This document shows positions 63,652 to 64,000 of a DNA stretch of 64,000 bases, one piece after another. How positions within the stretch are numbered: position 1 is the first letter of the stretch; each line of letters starts with the position of its first letter. The notes under the pieces were generated by a model that was not told the DNA's origin, made no database searches, and saw only the letters and a list, made by a program, of their open reading frames with translations. The stretch comes from Candidatus Micrarchaeota archaeon (GTDB taxonomy: Archaea > Micrarchaeota > Micrarchaeia > Anstonellales > Bilamarchaeaceae): NCBI GenBank assembly GCA_016212525.1, contig JACRGD010000005.1, positions 90,304 to 154,303 of the forward strand. The letters run 5' to 3'. The position numbers and the translations under genes were made by a program.

Positions 63652-64000
63652 TCATCTTATTGTTCTGATTTTGTTGTTGGCAGCTCTTTTAAGCCGATCC
63701 ATTATTGCTGTTCCGATCCCCTGTTCTTCTATCGCTTCACAAAAAACAATGTCTGTTTTTTTATGGTCAAAATTTCTCAAAATTCTAAATATGTTCTGCC
63801 CTCTTTCCTTATTCCCAGTTCCTGCAAACTCAACTATCTGGGCACAATGTGAATGCTTTTCAAAACATATTATACCTACTGTCCTGCCTTGTTTTTCCTC
63901 CCTTTTTGTCCTCCGTTCTATGTCCTGGAAGACTTTATTTTTTGGGCCTTTTATTATTACCATCTGGCATTTTGGTGCATAGTGTTTGTATCTAGTTCCT
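63652..64000 (-). CDS. sua5: threonylcarbamoyl-AMP synthase Sua5/TsaC2, C-terminal part (N-terminus outside the window)
   Basis: The frame stays open to the window edge. The upstream residues read GTRYKHYAPK, the Sua5 linker motif. The C-terminal domain ends GIGTAIMDRLKRAA. Confidence 0.7.
   Translation of the reverse strand, partial: GTRYKHYAPKCQMVIIKGPKNKVFQDIERRTKREEKQGRTVGIICFEKHSHCAQIVEFAGTGNKERGQNIFRILRNFDHKKTDIVFCEAIEEQGIGTAIMDRLKRAANNKIRTIR

Noticed and set aside
1-64000. CRISPR arrays, rRNA genes, prophage structural genes and integrases.
   Set aside because: I looked for regularly spaced direct repeats, rRNA-like conserved stretches, capsid/terminase/portal-like ORFs and tyrosine or serine recombinase motifs, and found none. 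The only repeats are the tRNA-end copies, the tRNA-Leu fragment and the short promoter or operator motifs reported above.

Overview
This is an archaeal chromosomal window. It is AT-rich by eye, has no rRNA or CRISPR, and is densely coding on both strands. Several signs suggest a reduced-genome, DPANN-like archaeon, though that lineage call is inference: archaeal exosome, KEOPS, Elp3, EndA and Pop5 genes, tRNAs with canonical and T-loop introns, a half-size Brix protein and a cysteine-less RpoP.

Housekeeping content:
- A TnpB-only IS200/IS605-type element (1.7-3.0 kb).
- The exosome superoperon: rrp4, rrp41, rrp42, rpl37ae, rpoP-like, Brix, pcc1, pfdB (3.1-6.6 kb).
- A DHH phosphoesterase and purA.
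- A block at 32.5-64 kb with scpB, fap7, padR, elp3, argH, argG, an amidinotransferase-family enzyme, a HerA-like ATPase, an EndA-like endonuclease, RNase HI, a DNA methyltransferase, a YchF/Ygr210-type GTPase, cutA, pop5, a TrmI-like methyltransferase, an M1 aminopeptidase, apbE and a partial sua5.
- Two intron-containing tRNAs: Ser-UGA and Leu-CAA.

The stand-out region is a 21-kb run of 15 same-strand genes (10964-31996). I cannot assign it to any described system.
- It opens with six tandem paralogous polytopic membrane proteins. They share three conserved motifs and are joined mostly by ATGA overlaps or gaps of 0-4 nt.
- Next come a 1150-aa cysteine-rich lipoprotein, an S8 subtilase with C-terminal repeats, a beta-helix protein and several small Cys-rich membrane proteins.
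- The last gene encodes a 1253-aa membrane protein whose final ~980 residues contain no Lys and no Cys.
- The cluster ends at a tRNA-Ser whose 3' end is partly duplicated twice. This suggests an old integration site, but no integrase is present.

All functional calls come from reading motifs by eye. No database search was run.
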